A DNA stretch of 64,000 bases, from the NCBI GenBank assembly GCA_964614525.1, contig CAZTPA010000006.1, positions 6,285 through 70,284 of the forward strand, written 5' to 3'. Source of the DNA: an uncultured Bacteroidales bacterium (lineage in GTDB: Bacteria; Bacteroidota; Bacteroidia; Bacteroidales; UBA7960). Made by a program: the position numbers and the translations under genes. Below are positions 18,880-28,578 of this stretch, piece after piece; within the stretch, counting starts at the first letter, position 1; each line of letters begins with the position of its first letter. The notes beneath the pieces were generated by a model, which did not search any database, had not been told where the DNA came from, and saw only the letters and a list, made by a program, of their open reading frames with translations.

Positions 18880-19740
18880 ATGAAAAATATATTGATTATC
18901 AGTCTGCTTGCTATTGGGTTAGTCTCCTGCCAGGGAGTTAGCGAAGATGAATACGAAAAAGTTGTAATTGAAAAAGAATTACTGGAAGCTGAAGTCCACG
19001 AAAGAGACAGCTCTTTGAATGAATTTTTCTCAACTCTTAACACAATTGAAACAAATCTTGCAATTATTAAATCCAAGGAAAACATTATTTCCGAAGAAAC
19101 TTCATATAGTTTAGAAGGAAGAGAAGACGTCAGAGACAGAATAAATGAGGATATAATATTAATTGGAGAATTGATGGAGAAAAATCGTCAGCTAATTATT
19201 GACTTGAATCAAAATCTCAGAAAATCTAATGCAAAGGTAAAAGAGCTGGAAAATGTGATTGCAAGATTAAGAGAACAGCTTGAAGAAAAAGAAGTTGAAA
19301 TAATGGTTTTAAAAGACCGTCTGGCTGAACTAAATTTTCAGGTTGATATTCTTACTGCTAAAGTAGATAACCTGGAAGAAGAAAAGCGGCTAAAAGACAA
19401 GCACATTGCAGAAAAAACGGATGAATTAAACACAGCATATTATGCGGTAGGTTCACGAAAAGAGCTTGTCGAAAATGACATTATTACAAGAGAAGGAGGA
19501 TTTTTAGGAATTGGCAGAACATCTGTACTTCAATCTGATTTTGATAATTCCTATTTTACAAGAATTGATTTGACAAGAACTCCTGAAATACTAATTATAG
19601 GCAAAGATCCAAAGATTATAACAGCACATCCGAGTGATTCTTATACTCTAAATCAAGATGCAGATAATTATTATATAAAAATCACTAATTACAACAAGTT
19701 TTGGAATGCATCAAAATATCTTGTTGTGGTTATAGATTAA
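18880..19740 (+). CDS. Coiled-coil lipoprotein, function unknown
   Basis: I take the start at MKNILIISLLAIGLVSCQG (ATG 18880, lipobox). The listed ORF starts at 18781 without a signal. Long heptad-like central region. Confidence 0.55.
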   Translation: MKNILIISLLAIGLVSCQGVSEDEYEKVVIEKELLEAEVHERDSSLNEFFSTLNTIETNLAIIKSKENIISEETSYSLEGREDVRDRINEDIILIGELMEKNRQLIIDLNQNLRKSNAKVKELENVIARLREQLEEKEVEIMVLKDRLAELNFQVDILTAKVDNLEEEKRLKDKHIAEKTDELNTAYYAVGSRKELVENDIITREGGFLGIGRTSVLQSDFDNSYFTRIDLTRTPEILIIGKDPKIITAHPSDSYTLNQDADNYYIKITNYNKFWNASKYLVVVID

Positions 19741-19894
19741 TTTTTAATATTTTTGCCAAAATTCTATTATCAAAAATTAAAGAAATAAACGAGTATAGCA
19801 ATCCATTCTCAAACAAAGGGATAATTTGAAATGCTGTTTCCTTTGTTTTAAAGGCAAGGCAGACAAGTGACCTATTTAATAAAAAAACAAACAT

Positions 19895-21292
19895 ATGAAG
19901 AGAAGTATTATTAAAGACCTTCTAAAAAACGGAAAAAGTTATTTAAACCAAGAAGTTAATATTAAAGGCTGGGTTAGAACAAAAAGAGGAAATAAAAATA
20001 TAGCCTTTATTGCTGTAAATGATGGTTCAACAATCAACAATATACAGCTTGTAATTGATCTTGCAGAATTTAATGACGAGGAAACAATAAGAAGAATTTC
20101 TACAGGAGCCTGTATTTCTGCAATTGGAGAGCTTGTAGAATCTCAGGGACAAGGTCAGTCTTTCGAAATATTGGGGAAAAGCATTGAAATATATGGTGAA
20201 GCCGATCCCGACAAATACCCATTACAAAAGAAAGGGCATTCCCTTGAATTTCTAAGAGAAATTGCCCACTTAAGGCCTCGTACAAATACCTTTGGAGCAG
20301 TGCTGCGTTTAAGACATGCTTTGTCTTTTGCAATTCATAAATTTTATAATGATAAAGGTTTTTATTATCTGCATACACCTATCATTACCGGATCAGATTG
20401 CGAAGGTGCAGGCGCTATGTTTAGAGTTACAACACTGGATCTAAACAATCTTCCAAAAACAGATGAAGGCAAAATTGATTTTTCACAGGATTTTTTCGGA
20501 AAAGAAACTAATCTTACAGTTAGTGGTCAATTGGAAGGAGAACTGGGTGCTTTGGCCTTGTCAAACATCTACACTTTCGGTCCTACTTTCCGCGCTGAAA
20601 ACTCAAACACAACAAGACATTTATCAGAATTCTGGATGATAGAACCGGAAATGGCATTTTATGATATAAATGACAATATGGATCTTGCTGAAGAATTCCT
20701 GCAATATCTTATTAGCTATATTCTTGAAAATTGCAGTGATGATTTAGAATTCTTACAAAAGATGTATGATAATGATTTGATTGAACGACTTCGTTTTGTT
20801 ACATCAAACACTTTTGAAAGATTAACATATACTGAAGCTATTGACATATTAGTAAAATCAGGACAAAAATTTGAGTTTGATGTCAAATGGGGCATAGACC
20901 TTCAGTCAGAACATGAAAGATATTTGGTTGAAAAACATTTTAACAAGCCTGTAATACTAACTGATTATCCAAAAGACATTAAGGCTTTTTATATGAAGCT
21001 GAATGATGACAATAATACAGTAAGAGCAATGGATGTTCTTTTCCCAAAAATAGGCGAAATAATAGGTGGTTCGCAAAGAGAAGAAAATTTTGATAAATTA
21101 AATCAGAGAATAAAAGAGATGGGAATTCATGAACAGGATGTTTGGTGGTATTTAGATACAAGAAGGTTTGGTACTGCACCCCACAGTGGATTTGGGCTGG
21201 GTTTTGAGAGGCTTATGCTCTTTATCTCAGGAATGGGAAACATCAGAGATGTTATTCCATTTCCTCGTGCACCTCAAAATGCAGAGTTTTAA
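19895..21292 (+). CDS. asnS: Asparagine--tRNA ligase
   Basis: 465 aa. Class IIb motifs [27 protein letters not shown] and GFGLGFERL. Confidence 0.95.
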   Translation: MKRSIIKDLLKNGKSYLNQEVNIKGWVRTKRGNKNIAFIAVNDGSTINNIQLVIDLAEFNDEETIRRISTGACISAIGELVESQGQGQSFEILGKSIEIYGEADPDKYPLQKKGHSLEFLREIAHLRPRTNTFGAVLRLRHALSFAIHKFYNDKGFYYLHTPIITGSDCEGAGAMFRVTTLDLNNLPKTDEGKIDFSQDFFGKETNLTVSGQLEGELGALALSNIYTFGPTFRAENSNTTRHLSEFWMIEPEMAFYDINDNMDLAEEFLQYLISYILENCSDDLEFLQKMYDNDLIERLRFVTSNTFERLTYTEAIDILVKSGQKFEFDVKWGIDLQSEHERYLVEKHFNKPVILTDYPKDIKAFYMKLNDDNNTVRAMDVLFPKIGEIIGGSQREENFDKLNQRIKEMGIHEQDVWWYLDTRRFGTAPHSGFGLGFERLMLFISGMGNIRDVIPFPRAPQNAEF

Positions 21293-21358
21293 TGTTGCAC
21301 AAAATAAGTTTTTTTCGTAATTTGGTGTTGATTTATTATTAATGATAATGGGGTTTTT

Positions 21359-22864
21359 ATGCTAAGACAGAGATTACAACAGAAATTGCTGCAAAAGCTT
21401 TCTCCTCAACAGATTCAGCTAATGAAACTGCTGCAGGTTCCTACTGCTTTAATTGAGCAAAGAATAAAACAGGAAATTGAAGAAAATCCTGCCCTTGAAG
21501 AAGGCATTGATGATGAAGACCCTGATGATCTTAGTTTATCAAATAATGAAGAGTTTGAAAATACAGCTGATGATGATGAAACAACAGATAATGAAGATGA
21601 CTTTAGCGAAGTAGAATCTGAAAATGAATTTGACCTTAGTGATTATATTGATGATGACGAGACTCCGGCATATAAGCTAAGCGTTAATAATACCAGTGCT
21701 GATGACGAAAAAAAAGACATCCCATATTCTGATGGAATTAGTTTTCATGAGATGTTAAAATCACAACTTGGATTAAAAAGCCTTAACGAAAAAGAACACA
21801 TTATAGCTTTAAACATTATTGGAAACATTGATGACTCCGGCTACCTGCAGAGAGATTTGAATGCACTTGTTGATGATATGGCATTCCTTCATAATATTGA
21901 AACAAATCTTGAAGAAGTTAGTAATGTTTTGAAAATCATACAAGATTTCGATCCGCCGGGTGTTGGAGCCAGTGATCTTCAGGAATGCTTGTTAATTCAA
22001 ATAAGACGAAAAACTGATAGAACTCAGGATATAGACAATGCACAAGCATTGTTGGAAAGAAGTTTCCAAAGCTTTACGAAAAAGCATTACGAAAAGATTA
22101 AACAAAAACATAATTTCTCAGATGACGATTTAAAAGGTGCAATAAATCAGATTCTTAAACTCAATCCTAAGCCGGGCAACTCAATTGTAGACACTCAAAA
22201 GAACACCCAATACATAGTGCCTGATTTTACAATATCTACCTATGACAATCAACTGGAATTAAGTCTGAATTCGAGAAATGCTCCGGAGCTTAAGGTTAAC
22301 AGGACATATGCCGAAATGCTTGAAGCGATGAGCGAATCCGGAGGGAAGATTGACAAAAAGAAGAAAGAAGCTCTAATGTTTGTTAAACAAAAGCTCGATG
22401 GTGCTAAATGGTTTATTGACGCAATAAAGCAAAGACAAAACACATTGTTGGTCACTATGGAGGCTATAATGCAATATCAACATGAATTCTTTTTAACAGG
22501 AGATGAAACCAAGTTGCGTCCAATGATTTTAAAAGATATTGCGGAAATTGTGGGCCTTGATATTTCAACAATTTCAAGAGTAGCCAATTCAAAATATGTT
22601 CAAACTCCTTATGGTACTTTTCTGCTAAAATATTTCTTCTCAGAATCACTGCAAAATGAAGCCGGTGAAGAAGTATCAACTCGTGAAGTAAAAAAAATCC
22701 TACAGGAATGCATTAGTGAAGAAAGTAAGAAAAAACCTGTAACTGACGAACAACTAGCAGCTATCCTCAAAGAAAAAGGCTACAATATTGCCAGGAGAAC
22801 TGTTGCAAAATATCGCGAACAACTAGATATTCCGGTAGCCAGGCTCAGAAAAGAATTAAACTAA
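21359..22864 (+). CDS. rpoN: RNA polymerase sigma-54 factor
   Basis: 501 aa. N-terminal Gln/Leu-rich region, acidic region, and RpoN box ARRTVAKYR. Confidence 0.95.
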   Translation: MLRQRLQQKLLQKLSPQQIQLMKLLQVPTALIEQRIKQEIEENPALEEGIDDEDPDDLSLSNNEEFENTADDDETTDNEDDFSEVESENEFDLSDYIDDDETPAYKLSVNNTSADDEKKDIPYSDGISFHEMLKSQLGLKSLNEKEHIIALNIIGNIDDSGYLQRDLNALVDDMAFLHNIETNLEEVSNVLKIIQDFDPPGVGASDLQECLLIQIRRKTDRTQDIDNAQALLERSFQSFTKKHYEKIKQKHNFSDDDLKGAINQILKLNPKPGNSIVDTQKNTQYIVPDFTISTYDNQLELSLNSRNAPELKVNRTYAEMLEAMSESGGKIDKKKKEALMFVKQKLDGAKWFIDAIKQRQNTLLVTMEAIMQYQHEFFLTGDETKLRPMILKDIAEIVGLDISTISRVANSKYVQTPYGTFLLKYFFSESLQNEAGEEVSTREVKKILQECISEESKKKPVTDEQLAAILKEKGYNIARRTVAKYREQLDIPVARLRKELN

Positions 22865-22867
22865 ACA

Positions 22868-23491
22868 ATGAATATAGAAAAAAGCATTGCGCGAATAATT
22901 TCCACTATTTTCCATCCACTTGTAATTCCAAGTCTTGGGATATTTTTATTGTTTTCAATAAACTCATACATTAGTTTCTCTATTCCTGCAAGCGGGCAAA
23001 GAACAATATTGCTAATAGTTATGTTCAATACTGCCATTGCACCGTTAGCATCTATATTTGTGCTTAAAAGACTAAAAATTGTAAAAAGTGTTTTGCTTGT
23101 TGATAGAGAAGAACGACTTATTCCAATATTTATAAGTGGATTGTTTTACTTTTTTGCATTTTTTATTTTAAAGCAGGTTAATTTGCCATTCCTTATAAAT
23201 TTCTTCATTTTAAGCGCCACCATCATTATTTTCATTGTACTTCTAATTACTTTTTATTGGAAAATAAGTATTCATATGGCATCAATCGGAGGGTTAACAG
23301 GTTTTCTTATTAGCGTGTCTATAATATTAAAAACTGACATCCCTGTTCTGATAATCAGCGCAATTATAATTAGTGGCTTTTTGGGTTATAGTAGAATCAG
23401 ATTAGGCGCACACAAACCATCAGAAGTTTATGCCGGTTTTGTTTTGGGCTTTGGTTTTATTATGGCTTTAGCTATATTGTTTTATAAGTAG
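22868..23491 (+). CDS. PAP2-superfamily-like integral membrane protein
   Basis: 207 aa with 6 TM helices. SIHMAS and SRIRLGAHKPSE resemble PAP2 motifs 2 and 3. Motif 1 is unclear. Confidence 0.5.
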   Translation: MNIEKSIARIISTIFHPLVIPSLGIFLLFSINSYISFSIPASGQRTILLIVMFNTAIAPLASIFVLKRLKIVKSVLLVDREERLIPIFISGLFYFFAFFILKQVNLPFLINFFILSATIIIFIVLLITFYWKISIHMASIGGLTGFLISVSIILKTDIPVLIISAIIISGFLGYSRIRLGAHKPSEVYAGFVLGFGFIMALAILFYK

Positions 23492-23521
23492 ATATAAAAT
23501 ATTTATCATTGCAATATTCAT

Positions 23522-23603
23522 ATAAAAAAAAGCGGCTGTATCAAAAGTTCTAATTATCAAATCAATATTATTGAAATTTTTTAGAACAAATTTTTGAAAC
23601 AGC
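23522..23603 (-). repeat. Long bulged hairpin preceded by an A-run (minus-strand terminator of the OMP gene); copy B of the dispersed arm motif
   Basis: ggctgtatcaaaagttcta ... tagaac(aaat)ttttgaaacagcc. The 5' arm is 17/19 identical to 9220-9238. Confidence 0.55.
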
Positions 23604-23634
23604 CTCTTCTAATTATAAAGTACAAGGTTTTTGA

Positions 23635-24321
23635 TCAGAACAAAATTAAAGAAATCCCTACACTAATAGGATACATATCTTCTGCAGTATTGTCATAGAA
23701 AATATTATTCAGGGGCATATATCCAAAAACATTGATAGCTCCATATCCAAGCCTTGCAGTAACGCCGTAAACAAATTTTTGAATATTATCAAGCTTGTAC
23801 TCTCTAAACTTCACATCATAATCGTTGCCTGCTATGTCTTTCCCTTCATACTTATTATAAGCATTAACAAGATATGAAGTTTTAAAGCCCAAATGAACTC
23901 TTAAAGTCTTAGGTAAAGTACGAACAAAATATCTAAATTCTACAGGTACTCCAAGATAGTTAAGACTAATTTTAGCTTTGTCAACTTTAATGCCATCAGG
24001 CAATTCAACAAAATCAAAAGTATTAGTATTATCAACACGAGAAAAAAGATGTGAATCACTATAAAAATTATGGCCAGTATAATGTATACCTCCGGCAATG
24101 CTAAAGCTTGATTTAGCTATTGGGTAATCATATAGATAACTTATAGCAGCACCTCTGTCTATAGATCCGGATTTAATATCTCCCGGTATCTCTTGCCAAA
24201 TATCAACAAAAGTTTCAATAAAAAAACGATCCTGAGGACGCATACGTGTAACAAGATCACTAGCCTGTGATGTCAGGCCAAAGCCTGTTAATAAAACTAT
24301 TACTAAAAAATTTTTCATCAT
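23635..24321 (-). CDS. Outer-membrane beta-barrel protein (porin-like)
   Basis: Signal peptide MMKNFLVIVLLTGFGLTSQA, alternating beta-strand pattern, C-terminal aromatic residue (..LILF). Start trimmed to the Met pair at 24321/24318. Confidence 0.6.
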   Translation of the reverse strand: MMKNFLVIVLLTGFGLTSQASDLVTRMRPQDRFFIETFVDIWQEIPGDIKSGSIDRGAAISYLYDYPIAKSSFSIAGGIHYTGHNFYSDSHLFSRVDNTNTFDFVELPDGIKVDKAKISLNYLGVPVEFRYFVRTLPKTLRVHLGFKTSYLVNAYNKYEGKDIAGNDYDVKFREYKLDNIQKFVYGVTARLGYGAINVFGYMPLNNIFYDNTAEDMYPISVGISLILF

Positions 24322-24480
24322 CTTATGTTTTTTTTTGATCAGATTTAGCAATAATAAATACTATGTATTTGAATTCCTACTTATTAAAAATCTGATTTTT
24401 ATGTTATACATTATATGAAATTACAATTTTATTATACAAATTTATAAATTGTTAGTTAAAACCAGCTATTTATTATCTTT

Positions 24481-25326
24481 TTATTTAATTACATTAGTTT
24501 TTCTTACAACAGACGCTGTATAAAACAAGCCAAAAGCATCATTTGAAATATTTCCTACCGGCGTAGTAAAACTTCCACCCATAGGACCTGACCCTCCTAC
24601 TTCAGAGTAAACATGCAAAATAAAATCATAAGCTTCTTGTGTAATGCTATGCATTTCCACAGTTATTGTATCATCCTTTTGAAAATCAAAATTTCCAGCC
24701 CAGCTATCAACCTCAAAACCGGGAACAAACATTCCGTCGAAATACTCATCATCTGTAAACATAAGCTTATGCAAAGAATCTGTAAGGTGAATTCCATTTT
24801 TATATAAATGCCACAGGTAAAAATCTCCTACCCCGGGAGGTTCCTGTCCATAGTATAGAACTCTGTATGATTCCATATACGGCTCATACCTAAAACCTAT
24901 AGAATCAATTGTAGCATTGCGGCGAATTTGTGAAGAAGATTCAAATATTTCTCCATTATATTCAATTTTCAAGCTATACCTTTCCCCAATAATTCCATAA
25001 GTTTCATTAATGGTCTTATATAAACCGGGCTCTACCTCCTCAAAAAGAAAATCTTCGCCTGAATCGGTTGATAGAATAACATCTGCGCCGCTAAGCAATG
25101 GCGTTTGCTCATTCATATAATATTGGCCGGTTTGTGATAATTTCACCCAATGATGTGTGGTGTCTGTGGTAATCTGAGATTCCACAACAAGTCTTTCCTC
25201 CAAATCACCTTGCAGAATAATTTCTGTTTCCTCGATACAAGACATTTGAACAAAAAACAACATTGTCAGAATTATAATTAGGCTTATTCTCATTTTGAGC
25301 ATATTTTTAATTAATTTCAATAACAT
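24481..25326 (-). CDS. DUF4249 domain-containing lipoprotein
   Basis: 281 aa with a lipobox (VQMSC). It sits directly downstream of a TonB-dependent receptor, which is the usual partner arrangement. The true start may be the internal MRISL. Confidence 0.65.
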   Translation of the reverse strand: MLLKLIKNMLKMRISLIIILTMLFFVQMSCIEETEIILQGDLEERLVVESQITTDTTHHWVKLSQTGQYYMNEQTPLLSGADVILSTDSGEDFLFEEVEPGLYKTINETYGIIGERYSLKIEYNGEIFESSSQIRRNATIDSIGFRYEPYMESYRVLYYGQEPPGVGDFYLWHLYKNGIHLTDSLHKLMFTDDEYFDGMFVPGFEVDSWAGNFDFQKDDTITVEMHSITQEAYDFILHVYSEVGGSGPMGGSFTTPVGNISNDAFGLFYTASVVRKTNVIK

Positions 25327-25337
25327 TATAATAAAGT

Positions 25338-27698
25338 TTAAAATTTAAAATTGTAAGTAATTGCCGGCATTATACCGAAAAGATACATTTTATAAGGATC
25401 TTGTTGATAAGGATTATCTTCGTTTTGTCTAAAGAAATAAGCATATGGATTCTTTTTATTGTAGGCATTGTATACTGATATATTCCATGATCCCTGCCAG
25501 CGGCGGTCTTTTTTTAAACTTGTTAAGATTGTTACCGAAAGATCAAGCCTGTGATAATCGGGTAATCTGGTACTATTTTTCTCTCCATAAACAGGAACAA
25601 TTTCTCCCATATACTCATATCGTTGTATAGGAAGGGTAACCGGTTTGCCTGTATGATAAATCCAACTTGCTCCCATACTAATTCTTTTAGATAACTGATA
25701 GTTAATTACAATAGAAAGATCATGGGGTTTATCAAAATTAGACACATAGGGATTTCCCAAATTTATACCCGGAATTTCTCTATCTGACTTTGACCATGCA
25801 TAAGAAATCCAGCCGGTAAAATCGCCAATATTTCTTCCAAGCATAAACTCAAGGCCGAATGCCCTTGCATCTCCTACTCTGACCTCGCCCTCAAGCTGAG
25901 GATTAAGAATGACATTTGCCTGTTCTTTAAAGTCAATTTGATTTTCAATAGTTTTATAATAAGCCTCTACGGAAAAACTGACTGAATTATTCATAAAATC
26001 GTGAAAGTATCCTACTGCATATTGATTTGCAATTTGTGGCAAAATATTCGGGCTGCTGGGAAACCAAACATCCAGAGGCGTTGTCATTTCAGAAAAAACA
26101 GTTTGATGCAGATATTGAAGCATTCTGTTATAACCTGCTTTTACAGACTGGTTCTCATTAAACATATATCGAATACCCAAACGTGGTTCAGGGCCATGAT
26201 AATTATTATAAAACTCTCCCTCGCTATAAATTAAAGTATCTGCTGCATTATAATTATCATCAAAAAGAAATACTGTAGATTCACCAACATTTTGAAAAAG
26301 AGAATACCTTAATCCAATTTCCACCAATAATTTATCATTAACATTATATTCATTTGACAAATACAAAGCAGACTCCAGGGCATTGCTCGTAGGCATTTGA
26401 TATTTATCATTAGAACTTTGTTCTCCAACACCTTCAACAAGTCCGGGGTTAAAGCTGTGATATACAGAATGCAGCCCAAACTTAACCGTATTTTTCCTGT
26501 TAATAAACCAGGAAAAATCTGATTTAACATTATAAGCTTCAATCCCACTTGTCCAATCAAAAGAGGTAACACCTGATCTTAAACCCATCAAATAATCAAA
26601 ATTGCTGTAAATAACAGAGAAGTTAGAAAAAATTCTATTGTTAAATATATGATTCCATCTAACAGTTGCTGTGGCATTGCCCCAGCCCAATTTAAAATCA
26701 TCACCGATGCTTAATATATCCCTTCCAAAGTAACCGGAGAAATAAAGTCTGTTATTGTCATTTATACGATAATTAAACTTTGCATTCAAATCATAGAAAT
26801 AAAGCTGATTTCCTCTAAGATTAGTATCATTAGATAAGTATAAAAACAAATCAGCATAGGTTCTTCTTCCTGATAAAAGAAAACTGCTCACATCTTTTTG
26901 AATAGGCCCTTCGAGTGTCAGGCGACTAGATATTGAACCTATTCCTCCGGAAGCATGATAATCCTTATAATTTCCATCTTTCATCCTTATATCAATAACA
27001 GAAGACAATCGTCCGCCATAATTAGCAGGAATTCCACCCTTGTATATCTGAACATCTTTAATAGCATCAGAATTAAATACACTAAAAAAGCCCATTAGAT
27101 GAGCTGCATTGTATACGCTGGCTTCATCAAGCAGTATAAGGTTCTGATCAACGCTGCCTCCTCTAACAGACAAACCGGTTGAGCCTTCTCCCGCAGAACT
27201 AACACCGGGAAGCAATGTTAAGGCTTTAATAACATCAACTTCTCCCATAAATGAAGGAAGAGTTTTTATTGTTTCAACCTGCAAACGATTCACACTCATT
27301 CTAACATCAGACACATTCTTATTAGATCTCTCAGATTCAATAACAACCTCCGCAAGCTCATAGCTATGCGGCTCAAGTTCAATATTAATCTGATTATCGC
27401 TATTTAAATCAAGCTTTATGGTCTTTTTATGATAACCTACATAGGAATATTCGATTGTGTATTGACCTTTATCCAGACTGATGCTATAAAAACCATATAC
27501 ATTAGTTACAGTGCCCGCACCCAATTCCTTAATTAATACAGTGGCTCCAATAAGATCTTCACCTGTTAAAGCATCGCTTACATGCCCTTTTACAGCAAAA
27601 TTATCTGTTAGATTTTCACTTTTAACATTAATGCTGTAAAAAATAGCAAAATAAAGAAAAACAAGCTTTAGCAAAGCAAACAAATAGCATCTATTCAT
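25338..27698 (-). CDS. TonB-dependent receptor with N-terminal carboxypeptidase-regulatory-like domain
   Basis: 786 aa. CarbopepD_reg pattern (GHVSDALTGEDLIGATVLI...GFYSISL..G.YTIEYSYVGY), plug domain, C-terminal barrel ending in ..YNFKF. Confidence 0.9.
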   Translation of the reverse strand: MNRCYLFALLKLVFLYFAIFYSINVKSENLTDNFAVKGHVSDALTGEDLIGATVLIKELGAGTVTNVYGFYSISLDKGQYTIEYSYVGYHKKTIKLDLNSDNQINIELEPHSYELAEVVIESERSNKNVSDVRMSVNRLQVETIKTLPSFMGEVDVIKALTLLPGVSSAGEGSTGLSVRGGSVDQNLILLDEASVYNAAHLMGFFSVFNSDAIKDVQIYKGGIPANYGGRLSSVIDIRMKDGNYKDYHASGGIGSISSRLTLEGPIQKDVSSFLLSGRRTYADLFLYLSNDTNLRGNQLYFYDLNAKFNYRINDNNRLYFSGYFGRDILSIGDDFKLGWGNATATVRWNHIFNNRIFSNFSVIYSNFDYLMGLRSGVTSFDWTSGIEAYNVKSDFSWFINRKNTVKFGLHSVYHSFNPGLVEGVGEQSSNDKYQMPTSNALESALYLSNEYNVNDKLLVEIGLRYSLFQNVGESTVFLFDDNYNAADTLIYSEGEFYNNYHGPEPRLGIRYMFNENQSVKAGYNRMLQYLHQTVFSEMTTPLDVWFPSSPNILPQIANQYAVGYFHDFMNNSVSFSVEAYYKTIENQIDFKEQANVILNPQLEGEVRVGDARAFGLEFMLGRNIGDFTGWISYAWSKSDREIPGINLGNPYVSNFDKPHDLSIVINYQLSKRISMGASWIYHTGKPVTLPIQRYEYMGEIVPVYGEKNSTRLPDYHRLDLSVTILTSLKKDRRWQGSWNISVYNAYNKKNPYAYFFRQNEDNPYQQDPYKMYLFGIMPAITYNFKF

Positions 27699-27966
27699 AC
27701 TTTTAGGTAAAATTTTTTATAAAAAAGTAATTGTATAATTTTAAATTAACAAATCTTGAAATAATTTGTTCTATATAATAATTATTATAAACCACTAAAA
27801 AGTCCTCTTATTATAGGAATTTGATAATATTTTTGCTTAAAAATAAATATTATTAAGAAAAACAGAGTTTCACTTCATTGTTGATATTAATTTTTTTTTA
27901 ATTTAGCAATTCGGTAATGTAAATTTAGAGGATTAAAGATATAATAAAAACTCAAAAAATCAGTGT

Positions 27967-28536
27967 ATGAAACTTAATGTAGGATTTATCAAGTCTGTTC
28001 TTAATGTTTATGATGAGATGTCGGATAATGGCATAAACATAGTCTATCTGGGAGAATTTCATCATCAAATAACAAAAATGTTTACATCCATGGCTGAAGA
28101 TGACTTGGACAGGAAAGACGAAGAACGTGCTGTTATTAGAAAAGTATATTCAGTTATGGTAGAAACTTTGCAGAACATGGCGCGTCATAGTGATGAAATA
28201 GCTGATAAATTTAATATTGGTAAAGGTTTGTTTATGATTGGAAAAAAGGAAGATACTTATTTTGTTATTACATCAAACAGAGTTTCCAACAGCAAAACAA
28301 AAATTCTGGAAGCAGCAATTAAAGAAGTGAATGCAGCTACAAGAGATGAACTCAAACAAATGTATAAGAAACAAATGTGCGATGGCACTATCAGCTCAAA
28401 AGGTGGAGCAGGACTTGGTCTTATTGAAATTGCAAAAAGGACAAGAAATAAACTGGTTTATGAGTTTTTGCCACTTGATCAAAACAGTCAGTTTTTCATT
28501 TTGAAAGTGGAGATTAACGCTAAGAAAATAGAATAA
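27967..28536 (+). CDS. SiaB-family / HATPase-like small protein kinase (anti-sigma-factor-like fold)
   Basis: 189 aa. ETLQNMARHS and the G-box-like KGGAGLGLIEIAKRT. The call is from recalled family features only. Confidence 0.5.
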   Translation: MKLNVGFIKSVLNVYDEMSDNGINIVYLGEFHHQITKMFTSMAEDDLDRKDEERAVIRKVYSVMVETLQNMARHSDEIADKFNIGKGLFMIGKKEDTYFVITSNRVSNSKTKILEAAIKEVNAATRDELKQMYKKQMCDGTISSKGGAGLGLIEIAKRTRNKLVYEFLPLDQNSQFFILKVEINAKKIE

Positions 28537-28578
28537 TAATATCTTTTTCTTTCCTTAGCACATGCTAAATCACAAATT

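Noticed and set aside
18765-19085. 106-aa minus-strand ORF overlapping the start of the coiled-coil lipoprotein gene.
   Set aside because: It is antisense to a better-supported gene and spans its promoter region. The composition is low complexity and there is no signal or motif.
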